Under the pieces are notes generated by a model. The model saw nothing but the letters and a program-made list of their open reading frames with translations, was not told the origin of the DNA and did not search any database. From an uncultured Chloroflexia bacterium (GTDB lineage: Bacteria; Chloroflexota; Limnocylindria; Limnocylindrales; CSP1-4), in NCBI GenBank assembly GCA_963813335.1, contig CAWEYL010000001.1, positions 320,001-384,000 on the forward strand: a stretch of 64,000 bases of DNA, in the 5' to 3' direction. Within the stretch, counting starts at the first letter, position 1. Every line of letters starts with the position of its first letter. This document shows, piece after piece, positions 11,412 to 20,316 of this stretch. A program made the position numbers and the translations under genes.

Positions 11412-12404
11412 ATGATCGAACTCGAGAGCCCGCAGATCGAGCCTGTCGAGGAAGCCGGCACGTACGCCAAGTACGAGGCGGGCCCCCTGCAGGCCGGGTA
11501 CGGCGTCACGCTCGGCAACGCGCTGCGACGCGTCCTCCTGTCCTCGCTCGAGGGCGCGGCGGTCACCAGCCTCCAGATCCGCGACGTCTACCAGGAGTTC
11601 TCGACGATCCCCGGCGTCAAGGAAGACGTCACCCAGATCGTCCTGAACGTCAAGAAGCTCCGCCTCAAGAGCTACGCCGCCCACCCCGTCCAGCTCCGCC
11701 TCATCAAGAGCGGCGCCGGCGCGGTCACGGCGTCGGACATCGCCGAGTCGGCCGATGTCGAGATCGTCAACCCGGACCTCGTCCTGATGACCCTCGACAC
11801 CGACGACGTGACGATCGAGCTGGACCTGACGGTCGAGCGCGGCGTGGGCTATCTCGGCGCCGAGCGCGCCGAGGCACTGCCGATCGGCGTGATCGCGGTC
11901 GACGCGATCTTCACCCCGGTCCGCAAGGTCAACTACTGGGTCGAGGGCATGCGGGTCGGTCAGATGACCAACTACGACCGCCTCACGATCGAGATCGAGA
12001 CCGATGGCACGATCACCCCGGAGGAGGCGCTCAGCCGCTCCGCGGAGATCCTGGTCAACCAGTTCCGCCCGTTCGTGACCGTCGGCATGGCGGCCGTCCC
12101 GGTCGCGGCGCCCACCGGCGCGGCCGCGCTCCCCTCGAACATGCTGGACATGCCGATCGAGGAGCTGGACCTGCCGATGCGGGCCTACAACTCGCTCAAG
12201 CGCAACAACATCGTGAAGGTCGGTCAGCTCCTGCAGCTCAAGGACGACGACCTCCTGCGGATGCGCAACTTCGGCAAGAAGTCGCTCGACGAGATGAAGG
12301 AGCGCCTGCGCATGCGGGGCTTCATCGTCCCGGACTCGGAGACCGACGGTCTCGACCTCCCCGACGGCGACGAGCCGTTCGAGGACGACGAGGCGGAGGT
12401 CTGA
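11412..12404 (+). CDS. rpoA: RNA polymerase subunit alpha
   Basis: GYGVTLGNALRRVLLSS, GVKEDV, alphaCTD RAYNSLKR/NFGKKSL. Confidence 0.99.
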   Translation: MIELESPQIEPVEEAGTYAKYEAGPLQAGYGVTLGNALRRVLLSSLEGAAVTSLQIRDVYQEFSTIPGVKEDVTQIVLNVKKLRLKSYAAHPVQLRLIKSGAGAVTASDIAESADVEIVNPDLVLMTLDTDDVTIELDLTVERGVGYLGAERAEALPIGVIAVDAIFTPVRKVNYWVEGMRVGQMTNYDRLTIEIETDGTITPEEALSRSAEILVNQFRPFVTVGMAAVPVAAPTGAAALPSNMLDMPIEELDLPMRAYNSLKRNNIVKVGQLLQLKDDDLLRMRNFGKKSLDEMKERLRMRGFIVPDSETDGLDLPDGDEPFEDDEAEV

Positions 12405-12407
12405 GCC

Positions 12408-12761
12408 GTGGCCCATCGCATCGCCGGCCGCAAGCTCAGCCGCAAGCACGGCCCGCGCATGAGCCTGTACAAGAACCTGACCGTGTCGGTCATCCGCTAT
12501 GAGCGGGTGAAGACCACCGAGGCCAAGGCCAAGGAGATCAGCGGTCGGGTCGAGAAGGCCATCACGCTGGCCAAGCGCGGGGATCTCTCGGCTCGCCGGG
12601 CGATCGTCTCGCAATTCCCCAATGAGCCGCTCGTCGTGAACAAGCTGTTCGACGAGATCGCCCCCAAGTACGCCGACCGCACGTCCGGGTTCACCCGGAT
12701 CGTCCGCCTCGGCCAACGCCGGGGCGATGCGGCCGAGATCGTCCAGATCGAACTGGTCTAA
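12408..12761 (+). CDS. rplQ: 50S ribosomal protein L17
   Basis: KTTEAKAKE, ITLAKRG, GFTRI, RRGDAAE. Confidence 0.98.
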   Translation: MAHRIAGRKLSRKHGPRMSLYKNLTVSVIRYERVKTTEAKAKEISGRVEKAITLAKRGDLSARRAIVSQFPNEPLVVNKLFDEIAPKYADRTSGFTRIVRLGQRRGDAAEIVQIELV

Positions 12762-12779
12762 CCAAAGACTGAACTGCGA

Positions 12780-12898
12780 GTCGGCGCGTGGCCGAGTCCA
12801 GCCGAAGGCGGGACCGAGCACCGGAGCGAGCGCACCCCAAGGTGCGTGAGCGAGGGCGCGGAGGGACCAACGCACGGATGGACCGGCCGGGCGCCGAC
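12780..12898. repeat. ~120-bp structured palindromic repeat, copy 1 (ERIC-like)
   Basis: Terminal IR GTCGGCGC/GCGCCGAC; the 31-nt core 12823-12853 matches the reverse complement of 14584-14614 at 28/31. Confidence 0.75.
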
Positions 12899-12919
12899 CA
12901 TGAACACGGCCGAGAGACC

Positions 12920-13690
12920 GTGCCGGGGCGCTACCGCGCAACGGTCGAATACGATGGCACGGACTTTGCCGGGTTCCAGGTCAACCCTGGGAAGCGGACG
13001 GTCCAGGGAGTCCTGGAGGACGCGCTGCGACGCCTCGGCAACGGGGAGGGGCAGCGGGTCGACGGGGCCGGCCGAACGGATGCCGGGGTCCACGCCGCGG
13101 GGCAGGTGATCGCCTTCTCCTACGACGGACGACTCGCGGCCACGGAGCTGGGATCGGCGCTCGAAGCGCTCCTCCCGCGCGACGTGGCCATCCGGGATCT
13201 GCGTCGGACGACCGCGAGGTTCCAGCCCCGCTATGCGGCGCGGTACCGGGAATACCGCTACACCGTCTGGAACGGGCCGCGCAGCCCCCTCCGCGAGCGT
13301 ACTGCGCTCGGGGTCCGGGTCCCGCTCGATACGGCCGCGATGGAGCGAGCCGGGTCGGCCTTCATCGGCCGGCACGACTTCAGCCCGTTCGGGGCCACGG
13401 ACCGATCCCCGGTCCGGACCGTCATGGCGGTCCGGGTCCGGCGGGAAGGCCGGCTGGTGACGATCGACGTCAGGGCCGACTCCTTCCTCCGCGGGATGGT
13501 CCGACGGATGGTGGCCCTGCTCATCGAGGTAGGGCTCGGGAAGATGGACGAAGCAGCGGTCCGGACGGCGCTCAGCGCCGGACGACCGGCCCTCGACGGG
13601 GCAGCCGCCCCGGCCAGGGGTCTCTGCCTCAGGCGCGTCGCCTTCGGGCGTCGGCCGGGCGAATCGAACGGAGAACACGAGGAACGATGA
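12920..13690 (+). CDS. truA: tRNA pseudouridine(38-40) synthase
   Basis: [27 protein letters not shown]; GTG 12920 preferred because the longer ORF start lies in the repeat. Confidence 0.95.
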   Translation: MPGRYRATVEYDGTDFAGFQVNPGKRTVQGVLEDALRRLGNGEGQRVDGAGRTDAGVHAAGQVIAFSYDGRLAATELGSALEALLPRDVAIRDLRRTTARFQPRYAARYREYRYTVWNGPRSPLRERTALGVRVPLDTAAMERAGSAFIGRHDFSPFGATDRSPVRTVMAVRVRREGRLVTIDVRADSFLRGMVRRMVALLIEVGLGKMDEAAVRTALSAGRPALDGAAAPARGLCLRRVAFGRRPGESNGEHEER

Positions 13691-14118
13691 ACGTCAAGAC
13701 CATCGCGGTGAAGGAAAGCGAGATCGATCGCCGCTGGTTCGTCGTGGACGCGACGGACGAGACGCTCGGCCGCCTCGCCTCGCGCATCGCGCGGGTGCTC
13801 GAAGGCAAGCACAAGCCCTCGTACCAGCCGAACCTCGATTCCGGCGACCACGTCATCGTCCTCAACGCCGCGAAGATCGCGGTCACCAGCGACAAGCTCG
13901 AATCGAAGCTCTACTCGCGCCACAGCGGCTACCCGCAGGGCTTCAAGCAGGAGACGCTCGGCCACCTGCTCGCCCGCCGGCCGGAGGAAGTCATCCGCCG
14001 CGCCGTCAAGGGCATGCTGCCGCACAACCGCCTCGGGACCCAGCAGCTGCGCAAGCTCAAGGTCTATCCGGGTTCAGATCATCCCCATCAGGCCCAGCGG
14101 CCTGAGCCGCTCGCCTGA
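13687..14118 (+). CDS. rplM: 50S ribosomal protein L13
   Basis: [30 protein letters not shown]. Confidence 0.99.
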   Translation: MNVKTIAVKESEIDRRWFVVDATDETLGRLASRIARVLEGKHKPSYQPNLDSGDHVIVLNAAKIAVTSDKLESKLYSRHSGYPQGFKQETLGHLLARRPEEVIRRAVKGMLPHNRLGTQQLRKLKVYPGSDHPHQAQRPEPLA

Positions 14119-14135
14119 CAAGGGAGTCCGACCGT

Positions 14136-14534
14136 ATGGCATCGCCCGCATTCTTCTCCGGGACCGGCCGTCGCAAGACGGCGATCGCCCGCGTCCGGCT
14201 GCTGCCGGGCGAGGGTGAGATCGTGGTCAACGGCCGCTCGCTCGAGGAGCACTTCGGCAACGCGGTCAACGAGTCCGAGCTCCGCTTGCCGTTCCGCGTG
14301 ACCGGCACCGAGGGCCGCTACAACGCCATGATCAAGGTCGAGGGCGGCGGCGTGACCGGCCAGGCCGGCGCGATCCGCCACGGCATCGCCCGGGCGCTGC
14401 TGGAGATCGACCCGGAGGGCCACCGCCTGCCACTCCGCCAGGCCGGCTTCCTGACGCGCGACCCGCGGATGAAGGAACGCAAGAAGTACGGCCTGAAGCG
14501 AGCCCGTAAGGCTCCTCAGTACACGAAGCGCTGA
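14136..14534 (+). CDS. rpsI: 30S ribosomal protein S9
   Basis: [41 protein letters not shown]. Confidence 0.99.
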   Translation: MASPAFFSGTGRRKTAIARVRLLPGEGEIVVNGRSLEEHFGNAVNESELRLPFRVTGTEGRYNAMIKVEGGGVTGQAGAIRHGIARALLEIDPEGHRLPLRQAGFLTRDPRMKERKKYGLKRARKAPQYTKR

Positions 14535-14538
14535 CACG

Positions 14539-14658
14539 GCGGCCGCTCCGGCGGCCGATGCGGGCGTTGCCGGACTCCGCCGGTCGCTCACGCACCTCAA
14601 GGTGCGCTCGCTCCCTTGCTCGCCCGGCGCCTTCGCCTCGGGCCGCCGGCGCGGCCGC
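14539..14658. repeat. ~120-bp structured palindromic repeat, copy 2 (ERIC-like), inverted relative to copy 1
   Basis: Terminal IR GCGGCCGC-n-CCGGCGGCC / GGCCGCCGG-n-GCGGCCGC; shares core and flanking GCGTTG...CGCCTTCG with copy 1. Confidence 0.75.
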
Positions 14659-14794
14659 GACTGGGTTCGACGACGGGCGGGGCGACTTGAGCCCGGTCTC
14701 GCCCGTTCGACTGGGGGCGCCCCGACCTTCGGGGCACTGCGGGCCGAGTGGGTCGGCCGCTACAGTTAGCGCGTGACCTTCCCAGCCCTGCCCC

Positions 14795-15751
14795 ATGGGT
14801 AGCCCGTCGCTGCGCGGGCGCGACCTCCTCAGTGTCGCCGACCTGTCCGCGGACGAGGTCGGGCGCGTCTTCGCCACGACCGCCCGGCTGAAGGCGGAGC
14901 TGCGCGACACGGGCCGGCACGTCCCGCCGCCGCTCGCAGGTCGGACCCTCGCGATGCTCTTCCAGAAGCCGAGCCTGCGCACGCGGGTCACCTTCGAGAC
15001 CGGGATGGCCCAGCTCGGCGGGCACGCCATCTACCTGACCAACGACGTGGTCCTCGGCGCCCGCGAGAGCGTCCGCGACGTCGCCCACAACCTCGCGCGG
15101 TTCGTGGACGGGATCGTGGTCCGGACCGGCCCTCACGAGGTCGTCGCCGAGCTGGCCGCCCAGGCGTCGATCCCGGTGATCAACGGCCTGACCCTGCGCG
15201 AGCACCCGTGCCAGGCGCTGGCCGACCTGTTCACCATCGAGGAGCGGCTCGGCCGCCTCAGGGGGGTCGTCCTCGCGTTCGTCGGCGACGGGAACAACGT
15301 CTACCACTCCCTTGCCCTCGTCGGCGCCGCCATGGGCATGGAGGTCCGCCTCGCCCATCCCGACGGCTACGGTCCGAACGAGCGGATCGTGGCCCGGGCT
15401 TCGGAGCTCGCCGGCGCCGCCGGCGGTCGGCTCGTGTTCGGGACGGAACCCCGCGAGGTCGTCCGCGGCGCCGACATCGTCTACACCGACGCCTGGACCT
15501 CGATGGGCCAGGAGGCCGAGACCGAGGAGCGCCGTGATGCGTTCCGCGGCTACCAGGTCGACGACGCCATGCTCGACGCGGCCGGCCCGAACGCCCTCGC
15601 GATGCACTGCCTGCCGGCCCACCGCGGCGAGGAGATCACCTCCGAGGTCATGGACGGGCCGCGAAGCCTGATCTTCGACCAGTCCGAGAACCGGCTCCAC
15701 GTCCAGAAGGCCTTGCTCGTCGAGCTGCTCGCGCGCGAGGAGGCGGCATGA
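14795..15751 (+). CDS. argF: Ornithine carbamoyltransferase
   Basis: FQKPSLRTRVTFE, HPCQALAD, GDGNNV, DAWTSMGQE, MHCLPAHRG. Confidence 0.97.
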   Translation: MGSPSLRGRDLLSVADLSADEVGRVFATTARLKAELRDTGRHVPPPLAGRTLAMLFQKPSLRTRVTFETGMAQLGGHAIYLTNDVVLGARESVRDVAHNLARFVDGIVVRTGPHEVVAELAAQASIPVINGLTLREHPCQALADLFTIEERLGRLRGVVLAFVGDGNNVYHSLALVGAAMGMEVRLAHPDGYGPNERIVARASELAGAAGGRLVFGTEPREVVRGADIVYTDAWTSMGQEAETEERRDAFRGYQVDDAMLDAAGPNALAMHCLPAHRGEEITSEVMDGPRSLIFDQSENRLHVQKALLVELLAREEAA

Positions 15752-16650
15752 CCGACGCCTTCGAGCGCTACAAGGACGCGCTCCGCCGCGGGCATTCGGC
15801 GGCCCAGCGCGGCCGCTTCGACGAGGCCATCGCCGCCTACCAGGAGGCGGGCACGATCGCCCCGGACCGGGCGATGCCGCAGTCGAGCCTCGGCGGCGTC
15901 CTCGCCCGGATGGGCCGGACCACACAGGCGCTGGCCGCCTACGACGCCGCCCTGAGCCGCGCCCCCGAGGACGAGCCCGCCCTGCGCGGCCGGGCCGAGC
16001 TCCTCGCCATGGCCGGACGCCGCGCTGAGGCCGCGGACACGCTCGACGGGCTCATGACGGCCCTCGACAAGGCGGGCCGCCTCGGCGACGCCGCGGATGC
16101 CGGACGTCTCGCCCTCGAGCTCGCCGAGTCGCGCAGCCGCCGTCGCGCGGTCGAGGTCCTCGCCGGCCGTCTGCGCGAGGCCGGCGACACCGCCACCGCC
16201 GACGCCCTGGCCGCGGCCCTCGGGATCGAGGCCGGGTCGGACAGCCCCGCCGCCCCGCCCGAGCCGAAGCGCGACCCCCGCCGCGCGGTCCTGTCCGCCG
16301 CGGCCGTCCTGTCCGCCACGGCCGACACCGCGCTCGACAGCGGCGATCGCGACGAGGCTCGCCGCTGCTATCTCGAGGCCGCGGCCGCGCAGCGGTCGAT
16401 CGGGAACCTGCACGCCGCGCTGGACGCCTGCTACCAGGCGATGGCCGTCTCGCCGGCCGCGGGCGACGTCCACCTCGCGCTCACCGAGCTCTACCTCGAC
16501 CGCGGCTGGCGGTCCGCCGCCGCGGACAAGCTCGTCCTTCTCGGGCGGTTGACGGACCTGGCCCAGGACGACCTCACCCGCGCCCGCCTGTGCACGATGG
16601 CCGCGGAGCGGTTCCCCGAGGACGCTCGGCTGACCGCCTTCTGCGCCTGA
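15748..16650 (+). CDS. Tetratricopeptide-repeat protein
   Basis: TPR-like helices (GRFDEAIAAYQEA..IAPD; ALAAYDAAL..AP); ATGA overlap with argF. Confidence 0.8.
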   Translation: MTDAFERYKDALRRGHSAAQRGRFDEAIAAYQEAGTIAPDRAMPQSSLGGVLARMGRTTQALAAYDAALSRAPEDEPALRGRAELLAMAGRRAEAADTLDGLMTALDKAGRLGDAADAGRLALELAESRSRRRAVEVLAGRLREAGDTATADALAAALGIEAGSDSPAAPPEPKRDPRRAVLSAAAVLSATADTALDSGDRDEARRCYLEAAAAQRSIGNLHAALDACYQAMAVSPAAGDVHLALTELYLDRGWRSAAADKLVLLGRLTDLAQDDLTRARLCTMAAERFPEDARLTAFCA

Positions 16651-16678
16651 GGGCCGAGGTCTCCAGCACGATGCCCGA

Positions 16679-16687
16679 TGCTACACT
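16679..16687 (+). promoter_or_regulatory. Extended -10 (TGcTACACT) for cdaA, near-leaderless
   Basis: TACACT at 16682-16687 lies 9 nt before ATG 16697; no SD in between. Confidence 0.55.
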
Positions 16688-16696
16688 CGGGCGACG

Positions 16697-17650
16697 ATGA
16701 CCGAGCTCCTCAGATCGATCCTCGATCAGGTGCGCCTGAGCACGGTGGTCGATGTCGCGATCACCGCGCTCCTCATCTACTGGCTGTTCAGCCTGATCCG
16801 CGGGACCCGCGCCGTCCGCCTCGTCATCGGCGTCAGCGTCCTGATCGTCGTCTACTTCCTGGCGGTCGCGTTCAACCTCATCCTGCTCACCAGGATCCTG
16901 CAGGGCGGCGCGGTCGTCGGCCTCTTCGCCCTCGTCGTCGTGTTCCAGCCGGAGCTGCGTCGCGCGCTCGAGCGGATCGGCCGCGTCGGCTCCTTCTCGT
17001 GGCTGCTGTCGCCCGCCGACTCGCGGGTCGCCGAGCACGTGGCCGACGAAGTGGCGCGCGCGGCTGCGGCCATGTCGGCCGAGGGGCACGGCGCGCTCAT
17101 CGTCATCGAGCGGGAGACAGGGCTCGAGGAGGTGGCGGAGACCGGCGTGATGATCCATGGCGACGTCTCGGCCGACATGTTGCGCACGATCTTCTCGCCG
17201 CGCACCGCGCTCCACGACGGCGCCGTGATCATCCGCGGTGACACCATCCTCGCGGCCGGCGCGCTGCTGCCGCTGGCCGAGATGACCATCCACGTCGAGC
17301 GCTTCGGGACCCGCCATCGGGCCGCCCTCGGGATCGCCGAGCAGACCGACGCGCTCGTGGTCGTCGTCTCCGAGGAGAACAACCAGATCAGCCTGGTCGA
17401 GCGGAGCCGGATCGTCCGCAACCTCAACCAGTCGCAACTGGCTGCCGCCATGCGCCAGCGCCTCGACCCGGCGGGCGGGCGGCGGAGCGCCCTCGGCTGG
17501 CGGCCGACCGGCACCGGTGGGACCGCCGGGCGCGCGCCACGGCTCGGCGACCTCGGCCGGTTCGTGGGCCGTCCGCCGACGGCACCGCCGCCCAGCGCAC
17601 CGCCCGACGACGACCAGCCGACCACGGCCGCCGCCCAGGCACCGCGGTGA
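16697..17650 (+). CDS. cdaA: Diadenylate cyclase CdaA/DacA
   Basis: 3 N-terminal TMs, FQPELRRAL, LHDGA and GTRHRAA catalytic motifs, VSEE. Confidence 0.96.
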   Translation: MTELLRSILDQVRLSTVVDVAITALLIYWLFSLIRGTRAVRLVIGVSVLIVVYFLAVAFNLILLTRILQGGAVVGLFALVVVFQPELRRALERIGRVGSFSWLLSPADSRVAEHVADEVARAAAAMSAEGHGALIVIERETGLEEVAETGVMIHGDVSADMLRTIFSPRTALHDGAVIIRGDTILAAGALLPLAEMTIHVERFGTRHRAALGIAEQTDALVVVVSEENNQISLVERSRIVRNLNQSQLAAAMRQRLDPAGGRRSALGWRPTGTGGTAGRAPRLGDLGRFVGRPPTAPPPSAPPDDDQPTTAAAQAPR

Positions 17651-18903
17651 CCCGGGTCCTCCAGACCCTCGTCCACAACTGGCCGCTGAAGCTCGCCGCG
17701 ATCGGGCTCGCGAGCCTGCTGTACGGCGGCGTCGTGCTGACCCAGAACTCGAACACGTTCTCCGGGATCGTGCTCGTCCAGCCGCGCAACATCCCGGATG
17801 GAGCCGTCCTGCTCTCGCCGCAGTTCCCCTCGGTGACATCCATCCGCTACTTCGCGCCGAGTGACGTGCCGGCGCCGACGGCGTCGTCGTTCACCGCCTA
17901 CGTCGACCTGACCGGCGTCGAGCCCAACGGCCAGATCGTCCAGCGGCCGGTCCAGGTCGAGAACGCGGACGCGCGGATCCAGATCCTCGGCGTGACCCCG
18001 CCGTACGTGAACGTCCAGCTCGATGCGTTCACCACGCGCACGATCCCGGTCGAGATCCAGCAGGGCGTCCCGCCGACCGGCCTCACCGTCGGCGTCATGG
18101 AGGTCGTCCCGACCCAGGTCGACGTATCCGGCGCGAAGTCGCTGGTCGACAAGGTCGTCAAGGCGACGGGCGCGGTCGTCATCCAGGAGCCCGGCATCGA
18201 CATCGACCAGGACGTCGACATCATCCCGGTCGACAGCGTCGGCAACCGGGTGAGCCCGGTCGACCTCTCCCCGCGCTTCGTCCACGTGACCCTCCCGGTC
18301 TTCTCGGACCGGCAGTCGCGGACCCTTCCGGTGAAGCCGGTCATCACCGGGACGCCGGCGCCGGGCTTCGAGGTGGAGAGCGTGACCGTGACCCCCAACG
18401 TCGTCACCGTCGAAGGCGACGCCGACCAGCTGAGCGTGCTGCTCAGCGTCAACACGATGCCGGTCTCGATCAACGGCGCGTCCAGCGCCCTCACCCGGAA
18501 CTCCGACCTCGACCTCCCGGCCGGCGTCGTGCCGATCGGCGACGCACAGGTCGAGGTCGCGGTCGCGTTCCGCCCGATCACCTCGACGCGGACCTTCGAC
18601 GCCGGCGTGCGGCTCGTCGGCGAACGCGCCGACCTCAGCTATTCGATCGACGTGGACCGCATCCTCGCCACGATCGGCGGGTCCGTGGCGGACCTCGACC
18701 GGCTCGAGGGGTCGACGCTGGTCATGGACCTCGACGTCGCCGGCCTCGGTCCCGGCACGACCGCGGTCCCGGTCACGGCGGTGCTGCCCGCCGGGCTGAC
18801 CCTGGTGAGCGCGAGCCCGGAAACGGTCCTGGTCACCGTCACCGGTCGCGCCTCGCCGTCCCCGGCGGCCGAGGCCCCCTCGCCGTCGGCGGTCGGAGGC
18901 TGA
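17647..18903 (+). CDS. cdaR: CdaR/YbbR-domain regulator
   Basis: NWPLKLAAIGLA TM start followed by repeated YbbR-like beta domains; between cdaA and glmM. Confidence 0.9.
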   Translation: MTRVLQTLVHNWPLKLAAIGLASLLYGGVVLTQNSNTFSGIVLVQPRNIPDGAVLLSPQFPSVTSIRYFAPSDVPAPTASSFTAYVDLTGVEPNGQIVQRPVQVENADARIQILGVTPPYVNVQLDAFTTRTIPVEIQQGVPPTGLTVGVMEVVPTQVDVSGAKSLVDKVVKATGAVVIQEPGIDIDQDVDIIPVDSVGNRVSPVDLSPRFVHVTLPVFSDRQSRTLPVKPVITGTPAPGFEVESVTVTPNVVTVEGDADQLSVLLSVNTMPVSINGASSALTRNSDLDLPAGVVPIGDAQVEVAVAFRPITSTRTFDAGVRLVGERADLSYSIDVDRILATIGGSVADLDRLEGSTLVMDLDVAGLGPGTTAVPVTAVLPAGLTLVSASPETVLVTVTGRASPSPAAEAPSPSAVGG

Positions 18904-20240
18904 TGGTGGCCCGCCTCTTCGGCACCGACGGGATCCGCGGTGTCGCGAACGTCGACCTGAAGCCGACGCTCGCGTATGCCCTCGGGCGTGCCACCGCGCA
19001 CCATCTGGCGCCGCCCGGCAGCGCCCTCGTGGTCGGCCAGGACACGCGCCGCTCGGGCGACATGTTCGTGGCCGCGATCGCGGCCGGGGCCAGCAGCCTC
19101 GGCGTCGATGTCCAGGTCGTCGGCGTCGTGCCGACGCCCGCGCTGGCGTTCCTCGCGCGGAGCGGGCCGTTCGCGGGCGGGATCATGGTCTCCGCGTCGC
19201 ACAACCCCGCCGACGACAACGGGCTCAAGGTCCTCGACCGCGACGGCCTCAAGCTCGACGACGCGGTCGAGGACGAGCTGGAGCAGCTGATCTGGCGAGC
19301 CGAGGAGCTCCCCGGCGTCGGCAACGCGTCGCTCGGCCGGATCACCGCCCGGCCCGACCTCGTGGAGGCCTACGTCGAGCACCGCCTCGCCCTCGCGAGC
19401 TCGATCGATGCCGCCGGCCTGCGCATCGTGCTCGACGGCGCCAACGGCTCGGGCTGCCTCCTCGGTCCGCGGATCCTGGCGGCCACCGGGGCGACCGTCG
19501 AGGCCATCCACGCCGAGCCCGACGGCGTGAACATCAACGTCCGGTCCGGGGCGACCGACCCGGCCTCGCTCGCGGAGGCCGTCGTGGCGCGCGGCGCCGA
19601 CGTGGGGTTCGCCCTCGACGGCGATGCGGATCGGCTGATCGCGGTCGATGCCGCGGGGCGGATCGTCGACGGCGACCAGGTCCTCGGCATCCTCGCGCTC
19701 GACCGGCTCGGGCGCGCCGCGCTGCCCGGCGGCGGCCTCGTGGTGTCCGTGCTCTCGAACGGCGGCCTGCAGGCGGCGGTGGAGGAGGCCGGCGGCCAGG
19801 TCCTGCGCACGCCGGTCGGCGACAAGTACATCCTCGAGGGCATGCAGCTGTCGGGCGCGGTCCTCGGCGGCGAGAAGAGCGGCCACGTCATCGTCCTCGA
19901 GCACACGACCTCGGGCGACGGGATCGTGACCGCGCTCGAGGTCCTCCGGGTCATGGCCGCCGAGCGCCGCTCGCTCGCGGACCTGGCCGCCCGGATCCCG
20001 CTGCTGCCGCAGCAGCAGCGCGCGGTGAAGGCCCGCCAGCGGGACCTCTGGGAGTCCGACCGGGTGCTCACGACCGCCGTGGCGGAGGCACGCGACCGGC
20101 TCGGACCACACGGCCGCATCCTCGTGCGTCCCTCGGGAACGGAGCCCGCGCTCCGGATCATGGTCGAGGGGCCCGACGCAAAGGTGGTGACAGAAGTCGC
20201 CGACCTGCTCGCGGATATCGCGAGGGAGCGGCTAGACTAG
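18903..20240 (+). CDS. glmM: Phosphoglucosamine mutase
   Basis: LFGTDGIRG, SASHNP, DGDADR, GGEKSGH, RPSGTEP. Confidence 0.97.
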   Translation: MVARLFGTDGIRGVANVDLKPTLAYALGRATAHHLAPPGSALVVGQDTRRSGDMFVAAIAAGASSLGVDVQVVGVVPTPALAFLARSGPFAGGIMVSASHNPADDNGLKVLDRDGLKLDDAVEDELEQLIWRAEELPGVGNASLGRITARPDLVEAYVEHRLALASSIDAAGLRIVLDGANGSGCLLGPRILAATGATVEAIHAEPDGVNINVRSGATDPASLAEAVVARGADVGFALDGDADRLIAVDAAGRIVDGDQVLGILALDRLGRAALPGGGLVVSVLSNGGLQAAVEEAGGQVLRTPVGDKYILEGMQLSGAVLGGEKSGHVIVLEHTTSGDGIVTALEVLRVMAAERRSLADLAARIPLLPQQQRAVKARQRDLWESDRVLTTAVAEARDRLGPHGRILVRPSGTEPALRIMVEGPDAKVVTEVADLLADIARERLD

Positions 20241-20316
20241 CGGCGGTGCCCACCCAACTCGGTCACCACTGCCTGCCGGCCAGGGACCGGCGGCGGCGAA
20301 CGGAGGACCTGAGCAC

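Noticed and set aside
12788-12919. N-terminal extension of TruA
   Set aside because: It translates the ERIC-like repeat; TruA homology starts at GTG 12920.
20241-20316. glmS ribozyme upstream of glmS
   Set aside because: The gap is only 76 nt and lacks the AGCGCC...GACGAGG core.
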